64,000 bases of DNA from Christensenellaceae bacterium (GTDB lineage: Bacteria; Bacillota; Clostridia; Christensenellales; UBA1431): positions 23,307 to 87,306 of the forward strand of contig CAXXMZ010000024.1 of assembly GCA_963675355.2 (NCBI GenBank), in the 5' to 3' direction. Under the pieces are notes generated by a model that saw nothing but the letters and a program-made list of their open reading frames with translations, was not told where the DNA came from and did no database searches. The translations under genes and the position numbers were made by a program. This document shows positions 1 to 9,790 of the stretch, piece by piece (within the stretch, counting starts at the first letter, position 1; every line of letters starts with the position of its first letter).

Positions 1-3
1 CTC

Positions 4-255
4 GTGGCTGAAGAAAGAGGAAACAGAAAACCACGCGGAGGACGTAGATCACGTCGTAAGGTTTGTCAGTTCTGCGTTGACAAGTGCGCGCATATAGATT
101 ATAAAGATATTGCTAAATTAAGAAAATGCATGACGGAGCGAGGCAAGATAATGCCCAAGCGTATGTCAGGAACTTGCGCTAAGCATCAACGTCAGGTTGC
201 GATGGCAATAAAAAGAGCTAGAGTAGTGGCGCTTTTGCCATATGTTACCGATTAG
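4..255 (+). CDS. rpsR: 30S ribosomal protein S18
   Basis: 83-aa ORF with S18 hallmarks ([36 protein letters not shown]). GTG start sits at the window edge and could extend upstream. Hairpin terminator follows. Confidence 0.9.
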   Translation: MAEERGNRKPRGGRRSRRKVCQFCVDKCAHIDYKDIAKLRKCMTERGKIMPKRMSGTCAKHQRQVAMAIKRARVVALLPYVTD

Positions 256-271
256 TAACACAGTTTGGACG

Positions 272-300
272 AGCCCGGCCGATGACGTGCCGGGCTTTTG
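272..300 (+). terminator. Rho-independent terminator after rpsR
   Basis: AGCCCGGC-N9-GCCGGGCT hairpin followed by TTTT. Confidence 0.7.
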
Positions 301-306
301 CATAGA

Positions 307-1302
307 ATGCTTGAAAGGAGAAATGGTTGTTTGAATAGTTTTAGGGGTACTACATCATTAGTAATAGCTTCGGCACTAGGACTATTAATCGGGGTATCAT
401 CAATTGTTTTTTTTCCATTGGTAGTTTTTTTGCCAATGGTTGCAATATACTTTGGAGTAAAGGATGAGTGGTATTATTCGCTTGTCCCGCTGATTCTTTG
501 CGCAGGAATAGTATACTCGCAATTAGGTATTGCAGAAGCGGGTATTGTCTTGATTTTTTCAACACCATTGATCGCATCAGGTATATTTGTTTTAAAGAAA
601 AAATGGCGTCCTTTTGAGTCTGTTGCAGTTTGCATAGGGGCGTGTTTGGTTGGAATATTGGCATGTTATTTCTTTGCAAACCAGTATCTGGGGATGGATG
701 TTATTACATATGGCGTAAATAGTTTTTCGCAATATTTACAATCTCTTCCTGAAGATATGTATAATTCAGTTATAGATAGTTTGAGTCAGACTTTAGGGAC
801 AGATGTTGCGCAAAATACAGATCCTCAGGTTTTGGTACAATCGTTTATGAGACAAGCTGAGGAAATAATCCGCGGTGCATTACCTACTATGATAATAGTT
901 TATTCGGCTTTAGGCGGCCTAATCACATATGCCGTTACGAGGAGAAAGCTTGAAAACGCAAGCGTAAGGGTTGTAGGAATGCCAAGGTTTTATGATTATA
1001 TTTTGCCGAATAAGTTTGCGAGATTTTCAATATTAATGCTAATTTTGAGCTTTTTTATGATGGTATTAGGTGATAAAACAATTTTACCGATTGCTGTGAT
1101 TTTCTCTACCGTATTTATGTTGTTGTTTATGGTACAAGGATTAGCAGTAATAGATTTTTATTTAGCTCGGAGTCGTGTTCCGTTGCTGATTAGATGGATG
1201 GTTATGGCATTTTTATACGCAATACTAGGTACCATGTTATACTTGGTAGGGATGTTTGACCAAATGTTTAGGTTTAGGGCAAGGAGTGCAAGGCAGAGTT
1301 GA
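307..1302 (+). CDS. Polytopic membrane protein, YybS/DUF2232-like
   Basis: Multiple hydrophobic helices. It occupies the position of yybS between rpsR and gdpP in the Bacillus-type rpsR-yybS-gdpP-rplI-dnaB synteny. Start is uncertain: ATG 307, or in-frame TTG 331, which has a better AGGAG spacing. Confidence 0.65.
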   Translation: MLERRNGCLNSFRGTTSLVIASALGLLIGVSSIVFFPLVVFLPMVAIYFGVKDEWYYSLVPLILCAGIVYSQLGIAEAGIVLIFSTPLIASGIFVLKKKWRPFESVAVCIGACLVGILACYFFANQYLGMDVITYGVNSFSQYLQSLPEDMYNSVIDSLSQTLGTDVAQNTDPQVLVQSFMRQAEEIIRGALPTMIIVYSALGGLITYAVTRRKLENASVRVVGMPRFYDYILPNKFARFSILMLILSFFMMVLGDKTILPIAVIFSTVFMLLFMVQGLAVIDFYLARSRVPLLIRWMVMAFLYAILGTMLYLVGMFDQMFRFRARSARQS

Positions 1303-1321
1303 AAAGTGAGGAAATACTTGT

Positions 1322-2987
1322 ATGTCTGACGAAAAAAGTAAACTAAAAATACTGAATAATATTAGAATTATTTTACCTGTATTTTTATCTGCTGTAATAG
1401 CTACAATTGTTATATTAGCTAATTTTATTATAGGAGCAATTGTAACAGTTGTTTTAGTTGCAGTTCTTATATATTATGTAGTTGTTTCGCGCAAAGTCAC
1501 GCATGAAATGGATCAAAAATATTTTGCCGAGCAACAAGCATGGGCTAGTCGGGCTAGTGCCGGGGCTAGACCGGTCGTATGCGTAATCGTTGTGGATGAC
1601 TATATTGAGATTATGAACATGGCTTCGGATACAGAGATAACAGAGATAACGGCTGCTATTACAAAGTGTGTTTCTGATATGGCCGAAGAACTGAACGGTG
1701 CATATAGAAGGTATGATAGAGATAAATATGTTATCTTTTTTGACAGACGAAGGTTACAAGATCTTGAACGTAGCAAGTTCCCTATTTTAGATAAAGTGCA
1801 TGGAATATTTGTTGGGAATGGACAGTACATAACGCTTAGCATCGCTGTTGGCGCTGGAGAAGATGCAAAACAAAGCAATGAATTTGCAAAGCAAGCAACA
1901 GACGTTGTCTTGGGAAGAGGCGGCGATCAAGCTGCTGTAAAAACTGATCAGCGTACAACCTTTTATGGCGGACTCACTCAGAATACACAAAAACGATCCA
2001 AGGTAAAGCCGAGGGTTACAGCGCGTGCGCTTAGAGCTGCAATTGAAAAAAGTTCAGAAGTGTTTGTTATGGGGCATGCTCGTCCTGATATGGATTCAAT
2101 TGGTGCAGCGATGGGTATTTTAAGATGCGCACAGTTTTCGGATAAATGTTCTCGTATTGTTTTAGATAGTGATGTATTTATGGTCGAACCGTTTATCAAA
2201 CGTCTCAAGGAAGAGGGTTTAAGGGATATCATAGTGATAGATGCACAAGAGGCTCAACGAGTCATGCGCAGTGATGCGTTGGTAGTGCTTGTTGATACCC
2301 AAAGACCTAGTAGTGCTTCTTGTCCAAAGTTGCTTGAGATAACCGATAACATAGTGGTTATCGATCATCATCGTAGGGGCCTTGAGTGGGTAGAAAATGC
2401 GACAGTCAGCTTTTTAGAGCCGTATGCATCATCAGCTAGTGAGCTAGTAACCGAGATTTTGCAGTATTATGATCCGAATATTCGTCTTACAGAGCTTGAG
2501 GCCGAGGCACTGCTATCAGGAATAGCGATGGATACGAAGCACTTTTTCATAGACACAGGGGCTAGAACGTTTGAAGCTGCAACTTATTTAAGAAAACAGG
2601 GCGCAGACATGGTTCGTGTGCGGGATTTGTTGGCTGATGATTATACAACGTTTTCTCAGAGGATGGAAACAATAAAAAATGTTAAGTTATTTAGAGATGA
2701 TATAGCTATAGCATATTTTGATAGAACTACGCCAAGGGGGCAGTTAGTTGCATCGCAGGCGGCAGATCAGTTATTAACGATTCGCGGTATAAAAGCCGCT
2801 ATTGTGCTGGTGCCAGTCGATAACGCGATTCAGGTTAGTGCAAGGTCGACTGGGGGAAATTAATGTTCAATTAATTATGGAGGAAATGGGTGGCGGTGGG
2901 CATCTTGCTATGGCTGCTACTCAGCTTAAAGAATATTCAATTGAGCAAGCGTTAAAAGAAGTTGAAGAGACACTATCAAAGCTATAA
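1322..2987 (+). pseudogene. gdpP: GdpP/YybT-type c-di-AMP phosphodiesterase (2 TM helices, degenerate GGDEF-like region, DHH/DHHA1); reading frame broken near 2849-2856
   Basis: ORF 1322..2863 carries the TM helices and the DHH motif (GHARPDMDSIGAA, DHHRR) and ends ..QVSARSTGGN*. The +1 frame (ORF 2802..2987) continues GEINVQLIMEEMGGGGHLAMAATQL, which is the DHHA1 GGGH motif. Synteny with rplI and dnaB fits. Confidence 0.75.
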
Positions 2988-3003
2988 ATGGAGGAGTAGT
3001 ATT

Positions 3004-3450
3004 ATGAAGGTAATTTTAAAAAAAGATGTAAAGGGCTCTGGTAAACAGGGTGAAATAGTTGAAGTTAGTGACGGTTATGCTAGGAACTTTTTATTTCCAA
3101 AAGGATTAGCAGAGCAGGCTAGCAAAGAAAATATAAACGTTGCAAAGCAGCGTAAAGCCGCTGCGTTGCACAAAAAAGAAGTTGAGATTGAGGAAGCTAA
3201 GGCTTTAGCTGAGAAGATCAAGGGAATGAAAGTTGTAGTTAAGGCAAAAACAGGAGAAGGCGGAAAATTATTTGGGTCTATTACTAGCAAGGAAGTTGCG
3301 GAGAGTTTTTATGATCAACATAAGATTAAGTTAGATAAGAAAAAGATTATGCTGCGTGATCCAATAAAGACGGTTTGCGAGACTGACGTTGAGGTTCAAA
3401 TACTTGGAAACGTTCATTCTACGTTTAAGTTAGAAGTGGTTGAGGCATAG
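3004..3450 (+). CDS. rplI: 50S ribosomal protein L9
   Basis: [36 protein letters not shown] is a typical L9 N-terminus. ATG 3004 is preceded by GGAGGAG. The ORF-track start at 2962 is probably too early. Confidence 0.9.
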   Translation: MKVILKKDVKGSGKQGEIVEVSDGYARNFLFPKGLAEQASKENINVAKQRKAAALHKKEVEIEEAKALAEKIKGMKVVVKAKTGEGGKLFGSITSKEVAESFYDQHKIKLDKKKIMLRDPIKTVCETDVEVQILGNVHSTFKLEVVEA

Positions 3451-3481
3451 CTTAAGTAAGTAGCTGATTGGAGAATAGTCG

Positions 3482-4804
3482 ATGGAACAGGCAAACAACA
3501 CTCAATTACCCAATAATATTGATGCTGAACGCGCGGTGCTGGGATGCATGCTTGGATCCGAGACTGCGCTTTTGCGTGGTAGCGATCTATTAAGGCCAGA
3601 TGATTTTTTTTCGGCGGCGCATAGAGAGATTTTTCAAGCAATTTTACGTTTATTAGAGCATTCGCAAAACGTCGACATCGTAATGCTTTGTGACGAGTTG
3701 CAAAAGGTGGATATGCTTGAATCTGTCGGCTCTATGGAATATATAAGTGATCTTCAAAGAGCAGCTCCAACAACAGCGCACATTGATAACTATATTTCAA
3801 TAGTTGAAACAAAGTCGATTTTACGTGCGCTTGCAAAAACGGGAGGAATAATATCTTCAAAGGCACTTGATGAATCAGAGCAAGCTGAAGCTGTTGTTGA
3901 AGAAGCCGAAAAACGTATTTTTGAAGTATCCATGCGTAGGCAATCGGACAGGATGCTACATATAAAAGATGCTATCGTCGATACTTACTCAAAGATTGGT
4001 AATGCGGCGATGCTTAAAAATGGTTTGTCGGGTGTTGCATCAGGATTTTTGCAGCTTGATAGGATGACTCTTGGGTTGCAACCATCCGATATGATAATCG
4101 TGGCAGGACGTCCTAGTATGGGTAAGACTAGTTTCGCTATGAACATTGCTGAGTTTGCGGCTATGCAAAAAAATGCGGTAGCGGTTTTCAGTTTGGAGAT
4201 GTCGCGTGAGCAGTTATCAAGAAGGCTACTATGTTCACAAGCAGGCGTTGATATGGAAAAGGTTCGTACTGGTAATATTGACGAAAATGAGTATATGCGT
4301 TTAGCACAAGCAATGGCTGATTTATCGCAAATGAATATGTACATCGATGATACGTCTGATATTTCAGTTGCAGAGATGCGCAGTAAGTGTAGAAAATTGA
4401 AGATGGAAAAAGGTCTAGATTTAATTTTAATAGACTATCTACAGCTTATGTCATCGCACCAAAAGACAGAAAACAGACAGCAAGAAATTGCTGTTATTAC
4501 CAGAGCTATAAAAGGTATGGCGAGGGAGCTTGATGTCCCAATAATATTATTATCACAGCTTAGTCGTGCCCCCGAAGCACGTGCTGATAAACGTCCTATG
4601 TTATCAGATCTTAGGGAATCGGGAGCCATCGAGCAGGACGCTGATATAGTTGTTCTGTTATATCGTAAAGCGTTTTATGAAGAGGATGCGGATAACATTG
4701 CTGAGGCGATTATTGCAAAGCATAGAAATGGTAAGACGGGCACTGTACGGCTCGCGTGGGTAGGTGAGCATACTAGATTTGCTAACCTCGATGAGATCCA
4801 TTAA
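3482..4804 (+). CDS. dnaB: Replicative DNA helicase DnaB (DnaC in Bacillus nomenclature)
   Basis: 440 aa with N-terminal PNNIDAERAVLG, Walker A GRPSMGKTSF, and the DYLQLM and SQLSR motifs. Confidence 0.95.
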   Translation: MEQANNTQLPNNIDAERAVLGCMLGSETALLRGSDLLRPDDFFSAAHREIFQAILRLLEHSQNVDIVMLCDELQKVDMLESVGSMEYISDLQRAAPTTAHIDNYISIVETKSILRALAKTGGIISSKALDESEQAEAVVEEAEKRIFEVSMRRQSDRMLHIKDAIVDTYSKIGNAAMLKNGLSGVASGFLQLDRMTLGLQPSDMIIVAGRPSMGKTSFAMNIAEFAAMQKNAVAVFSLEMSREQLSRRLLCSQAGVDMEKVRTGNIDENEYMRLAQAMADLSQMNMYIDDTSDISVAEMRSKCRKLKMEKGLDLILIDYLQLMSSHQKTENRQQEIAVITRAIKGMARELDVPIILLSQLSRAPEARADKRPMLSDLRESGAIEQDADIVVLLYRKAFYEEDADNIAEAIIAKHRNGKTGTVRLAWVGEHTRFANLDEIH

Positions 4805-4824
4805 AACAACATAGAATAATGTTT

Positions 4825-4851
4825 GCCGAGCGTGTTTGCTCGGCTTTTTTA
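4825..4851 (+). terminator. Rho-independent terminator after dnaB
   Basis: GCCGAGC-N6-GCTCGGC followed by a T6 run. Confidence 0.8.
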
Positions 4852-5340
4852 TTGGGTTTTTTGAGGGTTAGAATTAGCAACAAAATAGTATAATTGTAAT
4901 AAAAAGTTACAAAAGACATTCTTGACTTCATGCAATATACAGTGTACAGTATTACCAATAAACGCAAAGTGATATAAATATCTATAACAAAAGTGTTGCT
5001 GCTTTTGCATATGTTATCCTAGAGTGCGGATAGTGCTTGGGTGTCTGGTTTTTGGCTACCTGATTTTTATGAACGATTTAAATAGGAGTATTTTGTTAGG
5101 GCATGTAAAAAGTTAAAACTAATGGAGTAATATATTCGTCGCTATGTAAAAATAATTATATTGTGTTATATGGCATTGTATAGTTTGGTGTAGTAGTTTT
5201 CTCACGTAATTGGAAAATTGAATAGTGCAATACCCATTTAATCAAGAATGGCCTTGTGTTTTGGGAAAATCTTAAAGGGATTTTTTTGTCTGACATAAAT
5301 TTTTATTTGTTAGGCTATAAAATAAACCGGAGGTAAGGAA

Positions 5341-6894
5341 ATGGGCAAATATGTAGTAGGTATTGATGCAGGAACTACTGGGACTACGGTAATGCTAGCT
5401 GACTTAGAAGGGAATATTATCGGAAACGGATACAGAGAGTATCCTTGTATTCATCAACATCCAGGCTGGGTAGAGCAGGACTTGGACTTAATATGGACTT
5501 GTATCTGCGAAGCATCAAAAGAGATGATTGCAAAAACAGGAGTAGATCCAAAAGAGATTATGTCATTGGGACTTTCTTCCCAGCGCGGAACTTTCGTTGC
5601 AATCGACGAAAATTGGGAAGTGTTGCATGATTCAATCGTATGGAGTGATGGACGTGCAGGTGAAGAATTAGCATGGATCGACGGTAAACTAGGAAAAGAT
5701 AAGTATCATGAGATTAGTGGTGTTCCACTATCCGGGATGTGGTCTTATGCTAAGTACAAGTGGGTTCGCGATAACCAGCCTGAGTTATATGCAAAGACTT
5801 GGAAGTTCGTAAACGCTCAGGAATGGATCCTTCATAAGTTAGGTTCAGAAGAACTTTTCTCAGATCCCGCTTCATTGACACTAAACGGCATGATGGATGT
5901 TACCACATTAGAGTGGTCAAAAGAGCTACTTGACTTAATAGATGTAGATATGGATAAGTTGCCTCCAATTGGCACTCCAATGACGAAGTATGGCGAGATT
6001 TCTGCTGAAGCTGCAGCAGCAACTGGATTTGCAGAGGGCATGCCTATTTGTTCAGGTGGTGGAGATCAGCAGTGTGCTGCAATCGGCTCCGGCGTTATTA
6101 AAGAAGGATTATCAGAAATCACGGTTGGTACAGCATCGGTTATGGTTGCACATGTTGACGAGTGTAAACCTGATCCAGATCATTCAGTACTATTTGGCGG
6201 TCATGCTATCCCTCATAAGTATGATATGGAAGGTTTGTGTTTTGCAACTGGCGTTTGCTTACGCTGGTGGCGTGATACATTTGGAGGATCAGAGACCCAT
6301 CTTGCTAAGTCGATGCGTATGGATGAGTATGAGTTGATTACTGCTCAAGCAGCTCAGGCTCCTGCTGGTTGTAAGGGATATATGTTCTACCCTTTCTTCA
6401 ATAGCCAAGTAACACCATATTATCATGATAACGCACGAGGTGGATCCTTGGGATTGTCTTTAATCCATGATCGTTCTATGATGGCACGCGCTGTTCTAGA
6501 GGGCGGTGCATTCGAGCTACGCATGGTTGTTGAGGCAATGGAAAAAGTTCTTGGTAAGCCGTTTGAAGCTATCCGTTTATCGGGTGGCGGAGCTAAGTCT
6601 CCTTTGTGGAACCAAATTCAGGCAGATATGTATGGTCGTCCAATCGAGCAGCTTAAGACTCAAGAGTGTACAACTCTTGGTGCAGCTATACTTGGAGCAA
6701 CTGGGGCTGGCGTGTTTGCTAATATCGAAGAAGCTGTTGGCGCTATGGTACATCCCTTTGGCATGATTGAGCCAAACATGAAAAACCATGAAATTTACAC
6801 AGATATGTTTGGTATCTTCAAGGATTCCTTCCTTGCTTTACGAGATGCAGATATTTACAACCGTTTGGCAGCTGTTACAGCCAAGCATTGGTAA
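5341..6894 (+). CDS. FGGY-family carbohydrate kinase (substrate not assignable)
   Basis: N-terminal GIDAGTTGT, 517 aa, C-terminal GGGAKSPLWNQIQADM motif typical of xylulokinase/glycerol-kinase-like enzymes. GGAGG RBS is present. Confidence 0.85.
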   Translation: MGKYVVGIDAGTTGTTVMLADLEGNIIGNGYREYPCIHQHPGWVEQDLDLIWTCICEASKEMIAKTGVDPKEIMSLGLSSQRGTFVAIDENWEVLHDSIVWSDGRAGEELAWIDGKLGKDKYHEISGVPLSGMWSYAKYKWVRDNQPELYAKTWKFVNAQEWILHKLGSEELFSDPASLTLNGMMDVTTLEWSKELLDLIDVDMDKLPPIGTPMTKYGEISAEAAAATGFAEGMPICSGGGDQQCAAIGSGVIKEGLSEITVGTASVMVAHVDECKPDPDHSVLFGGHAIPHKYDMEGLCFATGVCLRWWRDTFGGSETHLAKSMRMDEYELITAQAAQAPAGCKGYMFYPFFNSQVTPYYHDNARGGSLGLSLIHDRSMMARAVLEGGAFELRMVVEAMEKVLGKPFEAIRLSGGGAKSPLWNQIQADMYGRPIEQLKTQECTTLGAAILGATGAGVFANIEEAVGAMVHPFGMIEPNMKNHEIYTDMFGIFKDSFLALRDADIYNRLAAVTAKHW

Positions 6895-7008
6895 AAAGCT
6901 TTTCAGAGGAGGCCGCCTTATGGGTGGTCTTCTTTTGTTTGTGCATACTTGAAAAATGTTTGTGTATTAAGTATACTATTCCACAGAATGATGTTAGGGG
7001 AAATGAGA

Positions 7009-7470
7009 ATGATTTTTTCAAGATGGTTTCATGGAACGGCCGACTTTGATGAGGCTAAGGCATTGAGGACAGCTGTTTTTGTAAAGGAAGAGGGATTTGA
7101 ATCCGAAGAAGAGTTTACAAGCGATGACGAAATGGCTATGCATGTCGTTGTATATAAAGAAGGTAACCCTGTTGGCACTGGTCGCTTATGGTTTGACGGA
7201 AAAAGTTTCAGAATCGGTAAGGTTTGCGTTTTAAAAGAGCATCGTGGCGAAAAAATTGGTGACATGATTGTTAGGTTATTGCTTGATAGGGCACTTAATG
7301 TTAACGCTCCTAGCATAAGGGTTAATTCTCGTGTTAATCTATGTGACTCTTTGTCAAAGTTTGGGTTTGAGAGAGTGGGAGAAGTCTTTATTGAAAACAG
7401 CAAAGAAGTCTCTGAGATGAGCGTGCTTAGTAAAGATGTACTATTCCCCAGTGCGTGCGGTTGTAAGTAG
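7009..7470 (+). CDS. GNAT-family N-acetyltransferase
   Basis: Acetyl-CoA motif-A-like segment VLKEHRGEKIGDMIVRLLL; about 150 aa. Start chosen at ATG 7009 by RBS spacing. Confidence 0.75.
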   Translation: MIFSRWFHGTADFDEAKALRTAVFVKEEGFESEEEFTSDDEMAMHVVVYKEGNPVGTGRLWFDGKSFRIGKVCVLKEHRGEKIGDMIVRLLLDRALNVNAPSIRVNSRVNLCDSLSKFGFERVGEVFIENSKEVSEMSVLSKDVLFPSACGCK

Positions 7471-7536
7471 AATAACAATATTGCATTTTGATTTTTTTTG
7501 TTATATAATATCCTCTGCCGCATGTTGTGCGTAAGT

Positions 7537-7612
<76 letters not shown>

Positions 7613-7615
7613 CAG

Positions 7616-7642
7616 AAAAAGTCCCCAATAGGGGCTTTTTTT
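7616..7642 (+). terminator. Rho-independent terminator after tRNA-Thr
   Basis: GTCCCC-AATA-GGGGC hairpin followed by a T7 run. Confidence 0.75.
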
Positions 7643-7949
7643 ATATAATACACATAGATAAATACAATTTTCAGGCAAGCAGTATATACGATTTATTGTA
7701 AAAACAATTGTTTTCTAAGCATATTTGGTGTTCTATAGCAACTTAAAATAGGGGGCTATTATGTTTATACTGTCAAATATCTGGTTACATAATAAAAGTA
7801 GCAGAAACATTGGTTATCTATTTTTTTTAGTACTATTTTACACATAATAAACAAAAGAAGTTTACAAAAATTTAATTTTCATGTTTCACACTATGTAAAT
7901 ATCGTTATATATACACAGGTATATTTTTTGTATTAATAGAGGAGCTATC

Positions 7950-9467
7950 GTGAAAATAGATGCATCTAATTTAAATAGTTTGCTTTTATCTGGCGAAAAA
8001 TCATCCATAGATTCTTCGCTTATTGATGGTGAGATAATTAAAGCAATAATATCTAAGATGGATGAAAACGGAACCATTATGCTTGCGGTGAGCGATGGTA
8101 GAATGATCACTCAGGCTAAGGCGTTGGGGGTCAACCTATGTTTAGGCGAGAGCGTCTTGTTACAGGTGTGTAAAAACGATGCAACAACAACTCTCCAAAT
8201 TATTGCAAGGGACGATAGCTCGGGTAATATTGCAGGAGACAATAGTTTAGCTAATATTACAAGGGCTGACACCTCGGGTGTTACTGCAAAAACCTCTGAT
8301 AGGGGAGCAGCTCAAAAAGGTGCTATTCAACAAAATGATGGGATGCAGGCAAATGCTGATAATTCAAGTGACAGCGAAGCGATTGGAAAACTAGCTGAAC
8401 TTGTTGTTAAGGGAACACAAGTAGGCAAGGCATTAAAGTTCGCGTTAGTAGCTTTACAAGAGTATGAAGTAGCCGATACAAAAAGCGGTGCTACTGATGC
8501 GCCAGATAATTTCAAAAATCAAGAAAACAAGATAAACGCAAAACAATATGGCTCAAAAGTGTTAAACGATATTTCATATAAGCAGAACGTAGATAAAGGA
8601 GAATCGAAACAAATTGATCAGCAGGAAAGAGTTATTGTTGATAAGCCAGCTGCTGATTTTAGTATTACAAACAAACAAACAAAACAACAATTTGAAGGAA
8701 AAACAGTAGAAGCCAATTTAGATAAAAACAACGAAAATATTAATAACTCAAACGTACTAAAGTCAAATAATGATTCGAAAGGCGAGCCAGTTTTAACCAA
8801 TAAACAGGTTAATGCTGAAAACGCTAAAATGGCATCAAACGAGATATTAAAAAGGCAAGATGTTATTAATAATATCAAAATAGCGTTTGTTGAAGTAAGT
8901 GATAAGGTCACTGTGGATGGAAAGATTTTGAAGCAACAGGTAGATATGCTAGGCACGAGGTTAATTGAGGTGGAAAGAGAACTTGCATCCATGGGTAGTC
9001 AGGCAAGGTTAGCACAGACTGAAGTCTCAAACGTAATAACTAGCACCAATTTAAATGACACCATACACCAGTTTACATATATTCAGTTGCCGGTCATAAT
9101 GAATCAAACGGAGCAAACGGCAGAGTTATATGTTTTTCATCGGAATGAAAAAAAACCAAAAGTAAAGGGTGATGATGGGGTTACGGTCATGCTATCTCTT
9201 AGCACACGGAATATGGGAAGGGTAGAAACCCTGATTAAGGCTAAAAACAAAAATATTCAGGTTGAGCTTAGAGGAGAGACAAAACGCGTAATTGAGGTTT
9301 TTGAAAAGAATACGGCTGTATTATTGAAAGAGATGGAGAATGAAGGTTATAACTTAACAAGATTAGGCTGTAGATTAATAGATCAACCCATTTCACCAAA
9401 CAATGCAGTAGAAGTATTAGAAAAAGCTTTTGTTGATGGAACGCGTAGATTGGACGTGGTGATTTAG
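7950..9467 (+). CDS. FliK-like protein (Asn/Lys/Gln-rich middle, FliK/Flg_hook-like C-terminal domain)
   Basis: GTG start after AGAGGAG. C-terminal ~100 aa (ELYVFHRNEKK..VTVMLSLSTRNMGRVETLIKAKNKNIQVELRGE..) resemble the hook-length-control C-terminal domain. It is coupled to the following FlhB-C-like ORF, with stop and start 1 nt apart. Confidence 0.45.
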   Translation: MKIDASNLNSLLLSGEKSSIDSSLIDGEIIKAIISKMDENGTIMLAVSDGRMITQAKALGVNLCLGESVLLQVCKNDATTTLQIIARDDSSGNIAGDNSLANITRADTSGVTAKTSDRGAAQKGAIQQNDGMQANADNSSDSEAIGKLAELVVKGTQVGKALKFALVALQEYEVADTKSGATDAPDNFKNQENKINAKQYGSKVLNDISYKQNVDKGESKQIDQQERVIVDKPAADFSITNKQTKQQFEGKTVEANLDKNNENINNSNVLKSNNDSKGEPVLTNKQVNAENAKMASNEILKRQDVINNIKIAFVEVSDKVTVDGKILKQQVDMLGTRLIEVERELASMGSQARLAQTEVSNVITSTNLNDTIHQFTYIQLPVIMNQTEQTAELYVFHRNEKKPKVKGDDGVTVMLSLSTRNMGRVETLIKAKNKNIQVELRGETKRVIEVFEKNTAVLLKEMENEGYNLTRLGCRLIDQPISPNNAVEVLEKAFVDGTRRLDVVI

Positions 9468-9468
9468 C

Positions 9469-9750
9469 ATGGCAAAAGAAAAGAGTATTCGTACTAAAGC
9501 TGTTGCTATAGGCTATGAGCCTGGTAAAAACGCTATACCCACTATCCTAGCTCTAGGCGAGGGCGAGATAGCAAACAAAATCATTGAAAAGGCAAATCAA
9601 AATAGTATTCCAGTGGTGGAAGACGCAAAATCTGCCGATATACTTAATATGATGAATGTCGGTGATGTAATACCAGTTGAGCTTTATGAGGCTATAGCAA
9701 AGATACTGGTTTTTATTGCAGATGTTGATAATAAGTATAAAAAGGGATAG
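9469..9750 (+). CDS. Free-standing FlhB C-terminal-domain protein (YlqH/EscU-YscU-C-like)
   Basis: The 93 aa align by eye with the post-NPTH part of this locus's own FlhB (..GDVIPVELYEAIAKILVFI vs ..GDVIPPEMYQAVAEVLAYLY). No TM region and no NPTH. Confidence 0.8.
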   Translation: MAKEKSIRTKAVAIGYEPGKNAIPTILALGEGEIANKIIEKANQNSIPVVEDAKSADILNMMNVGDVIPVELYEAIAKILVFIADVDNKYKKG

Positions 9751-9790
9751 TACTTTTTAATTGGTAAAGGTTTTTTATCGGAGGTTATTT

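Noticed and set aside
2802-2987. 61-aa ORF that could be listed as a separate small gene
   Set aside because: It contains the DHHA1 GGGH motif and continues the GdpP sequence. It is the frameshifted tail of gdpP, not an independent gene.
7701-7714. Perfect 14-bp palindrome AAAACAATTGTTTT upstream of the FliK-like gene
   Set aside because: It is AT-rich and short. A 7+7 palindrome is expected a few times by chance in 64 kb, and no second copy or half-site array was seen.
7643-7949. c-di-GMP riboswitch or invertible 'flagellar switch' upstream of the first flagellar operon, as in C. difficile; 13728-13838 upstream of the flgB operon was also checked
   Set aside because: I could not find GEMM-like conserved cores or long flanking inverted repeats. 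The only repeat seen was a 7-bp inverted repeat (TCAATGA/TCATTGA) near 13791-13826, which is too short to support a claim.
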